Translations under genes and position numbers: made by a program | Shown here: one piece after another, positions 26,585 through 43,270 of the stretch | Layout of the letters: each line of letters starts with the position of its first letter | Numbering within the stretch: position 1 is the stretch's first letter | The notes under the pieces: model-generated | The model's input: the letters and a program-made list of their open reading frames with translations, nothing else | Told to the model about the DNA's origin: nothing | Database searches by the model: none | NCBI GenBank assembly: GCA_964016885.1 | Contig: OZ024751.1 | Location: 36,146,001-36,210,000 of the forward strand | Origin: Eledone cirrhosa | Taxonomy: Eukaryota | Length of the DNA: 64,000 nt | Direction of reading: 5' to 3'

Positions 26585-27701
26585 ACATATATATATATAA
26601 TGTAGTATCCTTACGATTAATATATTTCCCCTTTCTCCGGGTTCTATTACACCTCAGAAAGAATATATAGCATTCGAGGGCTTCCTTGCAATATTAACAG
26701 ATTTTGGAATGCCTCATCATCGATCCCATTCCTTCCTATGAATTGGAGATTAAGCAATCACAACGTTTTCAATCTCGTTTTCACATATTTTAATGTCCTC
26801 CTCTTCACAGGCTAATTGAATTTAAGGCAAAGTATTCAGACATAAGGTAGAATAACTGATCATGTGTTTGATTTCTAATCGAATTAATCTAAGCGATAGA
26901 ACACGCGTTAACATTCTCAAAGCATTTTTACGCATCTTTAAACTTTCTTAACTTTTATCATAAAACTGTAGAGACACTTATTTGACGCAATGTAATTGAT
27001 AACATTGGTTTTTGTCAAGCATAATCGCATATATAATCAGTACGCATACCATTTCCGCTTTTCTAAATAAGCTGTGTAATCTTAGTAAAATCAAAAAGTT
27101 TTCCAGAGACAAGGGGCTGGGTGGTATAAAGGCGTCGAATCAGATTAAATGCAAACCGCTGTCTGGAAGGTTTCATGATTGATTCTAGATAAAAGAAACA
27201 TTTGAGAGCAAAAAGAAAGCACCGGGAAAATGAACCATAATCTAAACATCACAGGAAATTGCAGTATTATATTTGGTTCATTAATGAATCAATTAGATTA
27301 GCTGCAGTTTATTGTGCTATATGTCAGGAAGTAAATTGAAATCATTTATGTTTGGCTTCTTTTCCGCTAACTGAGCAGGAAGACCAGTTCACCATGGTTA
27401 CAAAACGTTACGAGGCGTTGGAAATAAGCGGAATAAAAGACAAGATAAAAGCGATCGTTCTTTGAAGGAAACGCCACTGTTGTTATTAAACCAAAAAGGT
27501 GCATGTTGAACTACGTAAAAGTTTTGTAATAGACGAATTCTTGAAAAGAAATCGTCTAATTAACTGGCAGATTTCATCAAATATTAATGATGGTGTCCAA
27601 CCAATTTAAGTTAACTTAACGTGTAAGGTATTACAAATACTATGCAGATATAGTATACATTCTGTATATACATACCTAAATACAAACACACACACGCATA
27701 T

Positions 27702-27767
<66 letters not shown>

Positions 27768-27797
27768 GCGCATACATATATCCACAATATATATATG

Positions 27798-27872
<75 letters not shown>

Positions 27873-27933
27873 TCGCATACATATATCCATATATATGTGT
27901 ATATACATATATACACGCATACATATATCCATA

Positions 27934-28021
<88 letters not shown>

Positions 28022-28578
28022 CACATACATATAAACATATATACACACATGTTTATGCATATTTGTTCTACGCATTAAACCCATTGAAATGTAATGTCTG
28101 TATATTTTAATTACACCTGGATTCATAAGCTAATCATAACAATATATTACACTACATTCACAACTATACACAATAATCTAAGCACAGCAATAGTACATGT
28201 GTTTACACATTAATACAATTCTAAGTATAATTACTTCAGTAAATTATCCTAATAGAATATCTTGTTATATCTAATGTAATTTAATCATCATATTTTACTA
28301 AGATTTACATCTTTCTAAGAACAAAATAATAAACGGATTTACCACATATATTATGAACCAATTAAAACTGAAAGACATTAACATTAAAATATATCATATA
28401 TACTCAATATTTGCTAGGGTGTATTATAGGTATTTTATAAAATATATTGAAATGGTCACTAAACTATTGATTACATCATATATTCATATAGAGTCTAGTT
28501 ATTGAATATAAGGATTTTATTACTCCCCGATATCAGTACTGTAATTCCCATTATATTCTCATACAAATATGATATACT

Positions 28579-28672
28579 AATTGTTTCTACTTTTGGCACA
28601 AGGCCAGCAATTACCCAGTACATTACTGGAACTTTATTTTATCGACCCTGTAAGGATGAAAGGCAAAGTTAC
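28579..28672 (-). mobile_element. S1 SINE 3' half
   Basis: AATTGTTTCTACTTTTGGCACAAGGCCAGC...TAAGGATGAAAGGCAAAGTTA. Confidence 0.85.
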
Positions 28673-29296
28673 AGCGTGTTTAACAGCGTGTTTAAGGGCA
28701 GTGAACCAGTGGCCTCTGAGGGACGAGCTTCTAGAAAGGGCAACCCAAAACCACTCAGAGAAGTGTGTTCAACCAAACAGAGAGATAGGAAAGACTGTAA
28801 TAAGGAGCGAAATATCACGATAAATTAACGGAGCCATAGAGCCTCGCCATTCCCCGTAAATAATGTGCTCAACGGAAAGAAATCCTGAGATCTTTAAAAT
28901 ACAATATGTTGAAAAGGTAACACACTAGAAGGTAACACACTAAAAGGTAACACACTGGTTCACTGCCCTTAAACATGCTGTGACTTCTCTCTCCAACGTG
29001 TAGCTGGACAGTCACTTTTAAAATTATCTTAGTGTTGTCTGAAATGTATAGCCTTACACACGCTGAGGAATCGGGGTTATTCCATTTCTGTCAACTACTT
29101 ACTGGCGAAACAGATCTCTTTGGATTTGTACGTGTGTTATATAGTTATAGAGGTATTTATTTACGCTTTAATTTATATTTTTAATTATCGTGTCTATAGT
29201 CTGCCTTTCATAGGTTATAGATTCCATACACTGGTGGTTTTTCCCTGTTTTATTGATAGCGCACTGTATATCTCTAGTGTGTTACCTTTTCAACAT

Positions 29297-29302
<6 letters not shown>
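28673..29302 (+). mobile_element. HHR element (family H6) with interleaved inverted repeats
   Basis: IR pairs 28683-28711/28953-28981 and 28899-28929/29272-29302; triple AAGGTAACACACT; ends in (TA)n. Confidence 0.72.
29056..29137 (+). ncRNA. Type I hammerhead motif (H6)
   Basis: ACACACG-CTGAGGA-(weak stem II)-GAAA-CAGATC-TCTTTG-GATTTG-TA-CGTGTGT: 7-bp stem I, 7-bp stem III. Confidence 0.78.
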
Positions 29303-29361
<59 letters not shown>

Positions 29362-29726
29362 GGAAAAAGAAATAGGAATGTATATATAATGATGTGTGAA
29401 TGTGTGTGTGACTCTCTATGTGTACTTGTGCATATGGAAGTGTGACTGTATAAAATGGTGAAGTATTTCCTGGTATTTAAAGATGACTGTTCCTTCGTTT
29501 GGTGTCCTACTTCACCACAGCACCACAATACACAACCAACTGCACTGTTGTGTAAATGCTGGATGATGATTTAATGGAAAACAATATAAAACATATTTTA
29601 TTACTGGTTTTATTGTCGAGTCTGAAGTGTACTTTTAGCTGGTTCCTGTTTAGTTCACACACACACACCCACACCCACAGCGCGCGTGTGCACACACCTT
29701 TCTTTTTCTGCCATCCTCTCTCTAAA

Positions 29727-29840
<114 letters not shown>

Positions 29841-29920
29841 CATATAATTCTCTTTGCAGGTCTCTTTGTTTAAGTTGAATCTCTATATATCTATATATAT
29901 ATCTATATATATACATATGT

Positions 29921-29953
<33 letters not shown>

Positions 29954-29954
29954 C

Positions 29955-30027
<73 letters not shown>

Positions 30028-30052
30028 AATAAATATATCTATATATATATAT

Positions 30053-30111
<59 letters not shown>

Positions 30112-30117
30112 AATATA

Positions 30118-30268
<151 letters not shown>

Positions 30269-30301
30269 ATTTATATATTTATATATATATATGTATATTT
30301 A

Positions 30302-30339
<38 letters not shown>

Positions 30340-30370
30340 TATTATATATATATATATATGTACATATTAC

Positions 30371-30401
<31 letters not shown>

Positions 30402-30728
30402 ATGACGCACATATACGCCAGGTCGTAAAGTGTAGTGCTGCTCGTTAAGTGTCTGCGAATATGTGAGATCTCCTAAAGTGTCACGTAGCTGTCGACACTA
30501 GGACACCATTCCGACTCTACTCCGATGCTTGATATTTATGACTAGTCCACTGAGCTCACACACTGAACGTCTCACCTCCTACACCACCTCTGCTTCTACA
30601 AAACATTTATCTTTGGAACTTCTCCACTCATTGATATTCTCTCTAATTTATTGCCTTTCTTTAACGGCATTTAAACATGTACGTTACTCATCGTAGAGCT
30701 CATCATACAAGTTTTTTTCTAATTCCAA

Positions 30729-30775
<47 letters not shown>

Positions 30776-30783
30776 CTGTGTAA

Positions 30784-30831
<48 letters not shown>

Positions 30832-31399
30832 ACACAACATGTATATACATATCTGTGTATGTCTACACATTCACACACACATAGTATATATATATATATA
30901 TAGTTTATACATATGTATTTGTATATATGTATAACACACACACACACACATACATACATACTTACATATATATATATATACATATATATATATATGTATA
31001 TACATGCTTTTTTGTATTTTCCTTGTCTTTTCTTAGCTCCTTTCCCCTGTATTAAGAGTTTTCTATTTATATAATCACATAGTTACTTCCGCAATTTAAA
31101 ATATTATGGTAAATAGCAATCGGAGTATCGCAGAATAACAATTAGAGTTTGAAGTATGAACATCTTATATGTGTTAATTAGGAAAACAAAAAAACATGTT
31201 CTGAACTTACGAAATAAACAGTAAATATCTTAAAAAAATATGTTCATGATATTCTCTGTAACAAACCAGCCAATAAACCACTAAGGAACCCAAATGAAAT
31301 GACATTCTCCAAATACCTTAGTGATGTACGGCCTTATGTTGAAATACATTAGAAACGCCAGGTGTGCAGAAATACTGACAAATATCCTTACATAGATAC

Positions 31400-32020
31400 A
31401 TATATGATGACTACCCCCTCCTTATCGAGTATGGCCATTGCACGATATAACATTATTAATAATTATCAATCAATTCCATCGTGCAATGCCTGTGCGTGAA
31501 GTTATTTTTTAAAGTGAAGAAAGACTGTGCACTGAGCCAATCCCACTCTCTGAGCGACAGTAACCATAAGCCGAAAAGAAGAAAAGATCAACATCATCGG
31601 TAACTACTGGGCCGTAGGCTTTATGTTGGAGTTATGCCAGTTTCCTGAGTTGCCTTCTCCTAGAAGAATGCCCTGACAAAGGCTAGGGGTCCTTCACTCC
31701 CAGTGGTTTAACCGCGCGATCGGGTATCCAGCATGACTATTTCTATGTTCCCGCACATACACACACACATGCACCCATGTATATACACATATACATACAT
31801 ATATACACGTGTATATACATATTTACACACTTTTGGATGGCCGTTGGCTCTTATGAGTTCTTCCGTCCTTTGTCAGGTTTTGGTTTTTGTCCTGCAGGTG
31901 TCCAAAATCAACCTCCTCACCAAGTAAACTTGCTGGGGTTGCCGGTTTAGTCACCGGCGACCCGACCATGCGACAGGTTGTACTGGGTTACATGTTACCA
32001 GTTGCACTCAAGAGTGACTG
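31400..32020 (-). mobile_element. Diverged R5 copy, interrupted by a (CA/TA) tract
   Basis: Shares CTCCTAGAA...GACAAAGGCTA.GGGTC and GGGGTTGCC.GTTTAGTC.CC..CGACCCGACCATG...CAGGTTGTACTGGG with 17945-18513. Confidence 0.7.
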
Positions 32021-32809
32021 ACATAACATACATATATACGTAATACATACATACATAAACATATATACATACATACAAAGAAACAAGGTGTATAATACAG
32101 TACACCGAAGAAATATATTAGTTTAACACTTTATATGGCAAGAACTGATTCTTCATCAGAAGATAGAATTAGAAAGAGAAAGAGATTGAGAAGTGGACAT
32201 GCTGCATTGTTACTGCAATGCCAGCAGGTCTAGTGACATACTTCAGTTTTACTGCAATGTTAGCAGGTCTACTGACATGTTACTGCGTTAGAAAGCCTCG
32301 AGTCATTTTCTCTATCTCTCTTTCCCTCTCTCAAACTGTTTTTCTCTCACTCACACACCCAATCATCCTCTTTCACTCACTCTCTTTCCATTTATCTATC
32401 TAACTATTTCTCTCTCTTTTTGTACCATTATAGTGTGTGAAGAAATTAAACAAGTTAATTACATAAGATATTCTAATTTAAATTCTGTCAGTTTGAAAGC
32501 TCAGCTGTTTCGTGTAGATTCAACAGTACTCAATAGAAAGACAATTGTTTAGAAATACTTGAACGTCTTTCACTAACGTATCAGCCGTTCAGCGAACTAC
32601 TTATCGTAATTGGCCTTGTAAAGATTGCCAATTACATCAATCGTGGAAAGCAAATTCAAATATTGTAGGATAACTGATCACGGTTCGTTCGTGCTTTATT
32701 AACAACTCTCACTTTATTGCCACAGACGCAAACGTCTTAAACTTAGTTTACACACGATATCTACTATTTTAGACGATAAATAAAACCTCATAGTTCAAAG
32801 TCTTTTTCT

Positions 32810-32988
32810 TCTTCTTCGCGTAACGTTACTCCAAAAACCCTTCCGAGGAACCCCATTTCAGCCGCTTGTATTCGCGATCATATTATTTTGGTCATTACCC
32901 AAGATTCATGCCCATAGTTAAAGGTTGGCACGAATACCGAATTGAAGATAGCGAGTTTAGTTTTTACACCTACCTCCCTTCTGACCAT
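32810..32988 (-). pseudogene. RTE (Expander/Rex3-like) RT fragment
   Basis: Hand translation VRREVGVKTKLAIFNSVFVPTFNYGHESWVMTKII*SRIQAAEMGFLGRVFGVTLRE. Confidence 0.85.
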
Positions 32989-32998
32989 TGAATGCTGA

Positions 32999-33010
32999 AT
33001 GATGTTGATG

Positions 33011-33059
<49 letters not shown>

Positions 33060-33244
33060 GAAGAATTAGAAGAAGAAGAAGAAGAAGACGAAGACGAAGA
33101 CGAAGAAAAAGACGAAGAAAAAGACGAAGAAAAAGACGAAGAAAAAGACGAAGAAGAAGAAGAAGAAGAAGAAGAAGAAGAAGAAGAAGAAGAAGAAGAA
33201 GAAGAAGAAGAAGAAGAAGAAGAAGAAGAAGAAGAAGAAGAAGA
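32999..33244. repeat. (GAT)n-(GAA)n microsatellite
   Basis: Direct reading. Confidence 0.97.
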
Positions 33245-34226
33245 GTATGCTCTTATGGGATATATCATTTTAGACGAAGGTGAAGATTGGACATAAAAAG
33301 CAGATATTGTCATCATTCGGAAAGAGAGGATGTGTACCCTCTTAAAAACAGCATGTCCCTTTGATACCAGAAGTAAATAATAAGAGAAGGAGAAGAGGTG
33401 AGTTTATATCGACCTAAATATGAGATCTTTAAGTGAAGTCAGATCCAGTATCGATCGATGTTCTTGGCATGGTGACATACAAGATTGAGAACAGCGTCGC
33501 GAAGAGAGATTTTGCATCAGGAATTAACATGCTTATTGTGAACAGATCGAATACTGAGAAAGTTTCTCAACTAACTTCAGTAGCTAAATGACAAGGAAAA
33601 ATATGAAAAACTTTGAATTATACTAGACTACTAGTTGTAGCCGGTATCTCCTAAAATAACCGATCAAAAGCAATATCAACGTTGTCCGTGATTATATATA
33701 TATATGTCCATCACAGCTTATATTAGAAAATCTAAAGTAAGTTTCATTGACGTATAAAAGCGGTTTTACGTCAACTTCACGACAATATAGATAATAGTGT
33801 TTCTTTTGTTAAAACAATGAACAATTGTGATTTTTTGTGAAATATTTTTTATTATGTTTGGATTAAACTATATCCGGACAGATACTCTTTTATGTTTAAA
33901 CAAACAACATTTTTAACCATAACGTGATAAACATGATTATTAACCATGACATGACAAAACAACGTTATTAAACCTAACATAACAAACAATAACAGTTCCG
34001 ACACAAGTTTTTATGCTTAAAAATATAATGGAAATAGTTTTTTTTCATATTTTTCTGTATGAACAAAATAAAGAGTCGATTAAATCAACACGGTTTGATA
34101 GAAAACCTATCAAGAATAAGCACATCTGTTGGAATACTGAAGTAACAGTAATATATTGATATGCACAACTGATTCGGATTATACAAGTAGTAACCTACAG
34201 GACGAAGATATGAATAACAATGGTTT

Positions 34227-34608
<382 letters not shown>

Positions 34609-35009
34609 TTTCTAAATGTACATTTAAGAGTATAAATTTGCATATGGTAGTATATGAATAATGTTATATAGTAGAAGATATCAAATAAAAATAATAACAA
34701 AATACCAATTCACTTTAAAAAGATTGAAGCTTATCGAAAAAATGTAAATAAATGACGAAGACAACAACAGCAACAACAACATCAATAAGGACAACTATTC
34801 ACTGCCAACAATAACAACAATAACTACTCTTAGTACATCACTGACAACAATAACAAGAGCAAATATTACTTCTCTGTAAAGACCAATAAATCAACAGTAA
34901 TGACAAGTGGAAAAACTAGAAAATTAATAGAAGGGAATAACACAACTTTAATATGAATTCATGGAATATATTCACATCTATTTCTCTGTGTATTTATTTC
35001 TATCTTCTC

Positions 35010-35102
<93 letters not shown>

Positions 35103-35334
35103 ATTTATGTATATAACATGGTGAGTGCATCTCTGTATAATACTCGCGTGTATATAGTTATACATGCCTTTGAGAATGTACGTGCGTTGCGACATGCTAA
35201 AGGATCTCAGGGAAAGAAAAGCTAATCAAATACCAAACAAAAAGATTGAGATGACGAAAGAAATGTCGAAGAGAAAAGAAGTTTAAAAAAAAATCACTAT
35301 AAACACACACAACACATCCACACATTTATATAAA

Positions 35335-36627
<1,293 letters not shown>

Positions 36628-37113
36628 CTACAAAAGTCACGATAACCAGGAATTGCTATGAAAAGCCAAAGGGAATGTAACTCAAATAATAAAAGTATGA
36701 AAACTACATAGAACCAGTCCTGTGACAGGAAAAAAATAAAACAGAGCAAAATGACTGAAATACTATAAAACACAGGCAGAAAAAAAACTGTAGAAAGATA
36801 TAAGGAAACTAGATGTACATTTTAAGGATTCTAGAACACACTCGGACATCACTTAGGTATTCATTTATTCTGACAAATTATGCAACATTCCACGTTGATA
36901 GCCTAAAGGTATTCTTCTTATATATTCATTTGGTCGCTAGTATTAAATATTTAACGGAACTCCATACCACATACATATATATCCTCTCACAAATATACAA
37001 AGTACAATGAGCAAGAAGTAAAGCATAACACACCTCAAATATCTTTCTTTGCACCCCCAAAATTGAATGCATTTATAGATACAATACGAACATGTATGTA
37101 TGTATATACATAG

Positions 37114-37179
<66 letters not shown>

Positions 37180-37234
37180 ATATATACGTATACGTACAAT
37201 GTGTACATGTTCGTATATACATACACACACACAC

Positions 37235-37350
37235 ATAGGAAAATAGCCGTCGGGGTTAAACATTTTCCTATTTCCCACTCTACTACACTAAGTATCGAGT
37301 ACTCTGGTGAGTTATGGTCCATCTGGTTCCTTACCACACTTCCTTCGTTA
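37235..37350 (+). mobile_element. H3 3' end with small fold-back
   Basis: Begins at GCCGTC-GGGGT (HHR cleavage site) and matches the reverse complements of 41039-41150 and 50233-50356. ATAGGAAAAT/ATTTTCCTAT inversion. Confidence 0.8.
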
Positions 37351-37376
37351 TATATATATATATATATATATATATA

Positions 37377-37454
37377 AGTATGTATGTATACATACTTATA
37401 TTTAAGTAACAGCCGTACTAAGAGTGAGAAATGAAATTTCGTTTTATTTTTTCC

Positions 37455-37458
<4 letters not shown>
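37377..37458 (+). mobile_element. H5 3' end fragment in (TA)n
   Basis: CATACTTATATTTAAGTAACAGCCGTACTAAGAGTGAGAAATGAAATTTCG, as at 22603. Confidence 0.85.
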
Positions 37459-37519
<61 letters not shown>

Positions 37520-37690
37520 TTTTACTACAGACTACCTTTTATTTTCCGTATCTATCCCTTGCGATCCTGTCTCTATTTTCTGTACTCCCGAAGAAGGATA
37601 TAGCCCGACACGTCGATCGTTCTTTCTCCTTTTCCATATAAAGCGTGAAACTTATAAAACATTTTATATCACTATTTTTTCGTTTACTTG

Positions 37691-37738
<48 letters not shown>

Positions 37739-38039
37739 GATGCATATATACACACAATTCGCATAGAAATATATAACGTACCGTAAGAGATTCTAGCTAA
37801 TGTGAATCTATGAAATGCCACTTATGGTGTATTCCGACGTGATCTGAGTTGTTAAATCTGATAACTTTATATGTGTCACGAATATATACGCTTTCCAGAG
37901 AATACACATATCGTCAAAATTTATCCTTACTGAAAATACTGAGTATTTAACATATACTGAAGATAAATTATAATTTTCAATTAAATATTTATATGTATTA
38001 CATCGGAAAGTAGGTGGAATAACTAAAACCGTAAAATAA

Positions 38040-38222
38040 TAGTGATGTTTCCAACCTCCATTCAAATATATTGTACCAGAGCCACAGAACTTTGTTGAGG
38101 AAAAACCGACTATATCTAGCAGGTAGCATCTAGCTTCCTCCGCAAGTTCCGGTTCCTTACCTGTAAAGGTTGTGATGTTCAATGTTCCAATTAAAATAGT
38201 AGATTTACTAAATTTCACCATG
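38040..38222 (-). pseudogene. RTE (Expander-like) APE endonuclease N-terminal fragment
   Basis: IGTLNITTFTGKEPELAEEARCYLLDIVGFSSTKFCGSGTIYLNGGWKHHY. Confidence 0.85.
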
Positions 38223-38771
38223 CCTGTTATTAACCATGTTTTTGAGATCATATTTGCTGGATCCATAAAACTTCACCATAAATCGCATCCTTCATTATAA
38301 CATCTTATGAGAACTGAGTGAAATTGCAACAAATAAACTTGTTGAAATATCAGAGGTTTCTAATAAGTTATTTAAGGATATAATATCAAAGAGAAACAAA
38401 CACACTACAGAAAACTCTTTAAATATTTATATTATAATTATATTACTTTATTGATGTTAGAATCAGTTGAAAAGGTGGCGAAGTTATCATTGATGTACAT
38501 GTAAGAAATATTGAAATATTTGTTTGACCTTAAATACTCAAGAAAGATACAACTAAATATTTATGTAATGAAGTAGTAATGATAAAAAAAGAAATGAAAT
38601 ATTGATATATATTGGTAGATAACAGGTGATATTTTAAACTCACAGAGGAATTAACCAAATTCAAAGAGGAATAAACGTCATTAGAAAGGTTAATTTGATA
38701 TGCTACTTCTCCAAAGTGATCAATGTCAGATATGTCAGATATAAATAAATGATATAATGTTATATATATAG

Positions 38772-38960
38772 GGCGGTGGATTGGCAGTATCGGTAGAGTC
38801 GGACAGCATGTTTTTCAGCATAGAGTTACGACCCTTTATGATCTGAGTTCAAATCCCGCTGAAGATAACTTTGCCTTTCATCCTTACGGGGTCGATAAAA
38901 TAAAGTACCAGTAATGTACTGGGTAATGGCTGGCCTTGTGCCAAAAGTAGAAACAATTAT
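38772..38960 (+). mobile_element. S1 SINE, full length
   Basis: GGCGGTGGATTGGCAGTATCGGTAGAG through GTAGAAACAATTA. Confidence 0.9.
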
Positions 38961-39002
38961 ATATATATATATAATTGTTTCTATTTTTGGCATAATTGTT
39001 TC

Positions 39003-39033
<31 letters not shown>

Positions 39034-39037
39034 GTAG

Positions 39038-39360
39038 TAATAATAATAAATTTGAAGACTAAAATCCAAAGAGGGCTGGATAAGAATATTAGTCTGCGAC
39101 TTCTTTTATACCATAAACGTGGTTTTGTCTTCGCGTGTAATTGTTTTTCACCGCTCCAAATAATGACGTATTATATTCGTTTTTTCCCGTTCTTTGCCAG
39201 GGAACGTTTCCACGAACCAAAGTATCGTCTTCCCGTCTTCCTCCGGTTGCAACGTCTTTTGAAATATTCACTTCTGCGTTCACAGATTGACTTTGTTAGT
39301 CTCAGAAGATCCCGTTAAGGGTGAAATTCTTTGCTTAAACTTTAATCTGTTATTTTAATA
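39038..39360 (+). mobile_element. Island in (TA)n, family H8, degenerate HHR at ~39300-39336
   Basis: Both ends shared with 52437-52585. CAGAAGA-T-CCC-GTTAA-GGG-T-GAAA. Confidence 0.6.
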
Positions 39361-39479
39361 AATATATATATATATATATATATAATGTAGGTGATTCAGT
39401 GAATTACGTTCGGTACCAAAACAAGCACTCTACGCACAGGCAGAGAGTATATATAAAAAAAAAACGATAAGGGTTCGTT

Positions 39480-39577
<98 letters not shown>

Positions 39578-39668
39578 TTCCTGTGGGAGTCATAGGAACA
39601 CCGTAATCAAATGCGTCAATTTAAATGATGGGCATTTTACATCATGGCAGAGCCCATTTCCTCTCCAG

Positions 39669-39711
<43 letters not shown>

Positions 39712-40354
39712 CACAGATAAACAGACATGGGGTTAAAAATATAAAAAGAGAAACTATATGATATACTAGTACGATGTGAGGACCTGGATAGATCTGAAAT
39801 TAATAATAATTACTTCATTTACTTTTAAAAGACGACGGATATATTCATTTCCGCGTGCATATGGATAGAAAAAAACAGAAATACTCCGATTTCAGTTGAT
39901 TCAATCAAAGTAGCCAAGATTTCAGTGTTGCATAAAGCAAGATGGAAAATGTATTTATTCTATCTATAAATAAAATTAGTTTAACGATCTAATCGGATTT
40001 TCACTGAAGTAAACATGATTTTAAATATATAGATTTACGTTTTACCCCTCTCTCTCTTTCTCTCCCTCAAACTCGCACACACGTACGCTCACACATGCAT
40101 TCTCTCTCATCCATGGTGTTTACGTTTGTTTCACATTATTTGTTTTACACGATTGTTTTCTGGTTTTCCATACACTATATCTATCTATCTATCTATCTAT
40201 CATATGTTCTGTCTCTTTCATTATTTCTTTGCTTCTCGCTTTCTCTTTCTATGTATCTCTGTATATGATTATGCATTCAGATGTACATAAATGTATATGT
40301 ATAGACACACACGCTCTCACGCACTCACATACATACATATATATATATATAGAA

Positions 40355-40427
<73 letters not shown>

Positions 40428-40882
40428 TCTGTGTGTGTGTGTGTATAGCTAGTTAAGTAGATAGGTATGTGTATGTGTGTCAGGGTGTGCAGGTATTTAT
40501 TTTCATGTAATGGATATAATAAATATAATGTATATATTTGTATGTATACACTAATGCACACACACACACGCACATATCAGTTGGAGAGTGTAGTTTACAA
40601 TTATATAGACATTAATATTAATATGACAAAATTTGAAAAGGTTATTATCTTAAGCTAGAAATATATATCCTTTTCAATTTAAAGTTTACTCAGTTGCACA
40701 ACTTCTGCTAAAATATCATTATATAACTTGATATATTGTTTCATCAAAACAAAATCATAAAGAAACAAGAGCTTCTTCCCCCAGCACACACATCTTTATA
40801 TATATGTTAATTCCATAACAAATTAGCAAACCATTTGTTGTGGAACTAACTTTATAGCGAACTCGTCCTCTGGACTGAGTGT

Positions 40883-41191
<309 letters not shown>

Positions 41192-41214
41192 CACACACAC
41201 ACACACACATACAC

Positions 41215-41257
<43 letters not shown>

Positions 41258-41399
41258 ATAAGTGCATTTACTGAAACATATTCCCGTGTCCCTAGTTTAT
41301 CTATCATGTCTTGCGGGAATCTTTTCTCCAAGTAACATCTTAAAGTTATAGGATCCTCTTCGTTCTGCTTTTTGCAGGCATCCTATCAAGTTGAGTAAT

Positions 41400-41810
41400 T
41401 AATGTACCAGATCAGGACGTGTGACGAGTAGAGGAGTCGTTAGAGCGTCAGACTGGACTGGATTATATCTCATATTCCCGTGTTTTGCGAGTTTTGCGAT
41501 CGAATACTGCGATCGAATACTCCCTTCCCTATCGTTATATCTATTAGCTTTTATTGATAAAAATATGCGATGAATTGATAGAGTCTTCAGAACGTCGGAT
41601 AAAATGCCGTATTGGATTTGGCTCTCTGTCACCTATCATTTCAAATCGATCCTTTCGATCCGTCTCTGGAAGAAATCTGCTGGAGAACTGGAGAGGAGAG
41701 GAGAGGAGCTCCGCCAGACGTTGAAAGATGCCCTAGAAACAGTAACTGTCAATATGGCGTCACACGACTCACTCCGAGAGTTACGAGTCCATACATATAT
41801 TCATTCATAA
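41400..41810 (+). pseudogene. Possible decayed RTE-type LINE 3' end
   Basis: Fragments MPYWIWLSV...WKKSAG...LKDALETVTVNMA...IHS loosely fit RTE C-termini. Confidence 0.35.
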
Positions 41811-42578
41811 ACGTAAATTAAAGTAAAATTAATTAAATTTACATTTACATTGCCAAACCTATAAAGAATATAAATTCTTTCATAGTATGTTTATTTGCAG
41901 TGCAGTCTTTGTAAAATATTTGAAAGTGACAATCATTTCTGCCGCATTTGACAAGAATTTTCTATATAAAATACATCATGTCGTTGTTATTTGTTAAAAG
42001 ATAAAAGACGAACAATTTTCTAACTACGATTCAAAGTGTTCTACAAATGTTCCAAGTTTGAAAATTTTCTGGAACGTTAGTTTAGAAATTTCATTAAATT
42101 TGTAGTTCTTTAGGCTGAGCTGTTTAGTATTTAGTAATCGTATGAGTTATTTGATATTTTATTCTGTTCTTATTACTACATTTTTGATCTTTGCTTTTTA
42201 TATTCAGAAAATGTTCAGTTTGTAATATAAATTTTAGTCAAGTTTTACCATTGCTGACCTCTCACCCGTAAGGAAGAGAAACTTCGTTGGTGTTTGTCAA
42301 AATAATTGCTATAGGAATTTGGCTATTAAATATCAGCAGAACTTGTGAACCTGTATGTAAAAGAGTTTTGCAGATCTGCATACATCCTCTCATGTGCCTC
42401 TATACATATACTTCATTCCTTCACTAATTCAACTTCAAAAGACAGAAGCGAAACATTCTCAAATAAGATGAAAACTCGAAGAATTTAAATTTGGAATCGA
42501 GTCAAATAAGCTAAGGTAATATAGTTTTAATAAAATATATATATGCTTGTAGTGAGTTACGTCGAAAACCGATGATTG

Positions 42579-42700
<122 letters not shown>

Positions 42701-43019
42701 GGAGAGAGAGTGAGAGTGAGAGTGAGAGAATAACAGAAATAAAGAATAATTCGGACCACTGATATATAAAGGTTTCATATGTGGTAATTAACAAGTGTAA
42801 ATACATTTTTGTAATTCGACCCATAAAGAGAATATTCATATATGAGATTGCCTTTAGGGAATTCAAGATATAGTACGCTATCAAAAGATAACTATTCCCA
42901 TTCTATACACACATAGTTGTGCTTACCTTACGTTGAACTTTATATGAGCTTTAGAATATGAATTAGTGTATATAATTCTAAAATGTCTAATGTCTGTCAT
43001 GAACACGGAAGCTCTTCAG

Positions 43020-43270
43020 GTCACTGTATCTCTGGGTGTTCATGACGTTAAGTGACTGACAGTACAAAACTACCCAGTAAACAGGAGGCTAGTCAATTGT
43101 AGGATTAAACCCACAGATATTACTGGTACACATTTTCAGCTGAGTATATTGGAATAAAGTAAAATGAAATGTTTTGCTCAAGAAAACAACACACAACCCA
43201 GTCAAGGAATCGAACCCACAGCATTATGATTGTAAGTACAACACCCTTACCACTAGGCTACGGGCTTCCA
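43020..43270 (-). mobile_element. tRNA-derived CORE-like SINE (family S2)
   Basis: Minus strand TAGCCTAGTGG A box, GGTTCGATTCC B box, TGTTGTTTTCTTGAGCAAAACATTTCA core-like segment. Confidence 0.75.

Noticed and set aside
23951-26846. Possible small host exons after polypyrimidine-AG sites (23951, 24194, 26811)
   Set aside because: Short, stop-containing or unrecognisable peptides with weak donors. Not supportable without transcript data.
32125-32165. Minus-strand CTGATGA-AGAA-TCAG-TTCT
   Set aside because: GAAA box is absent. Too degenerate to call.
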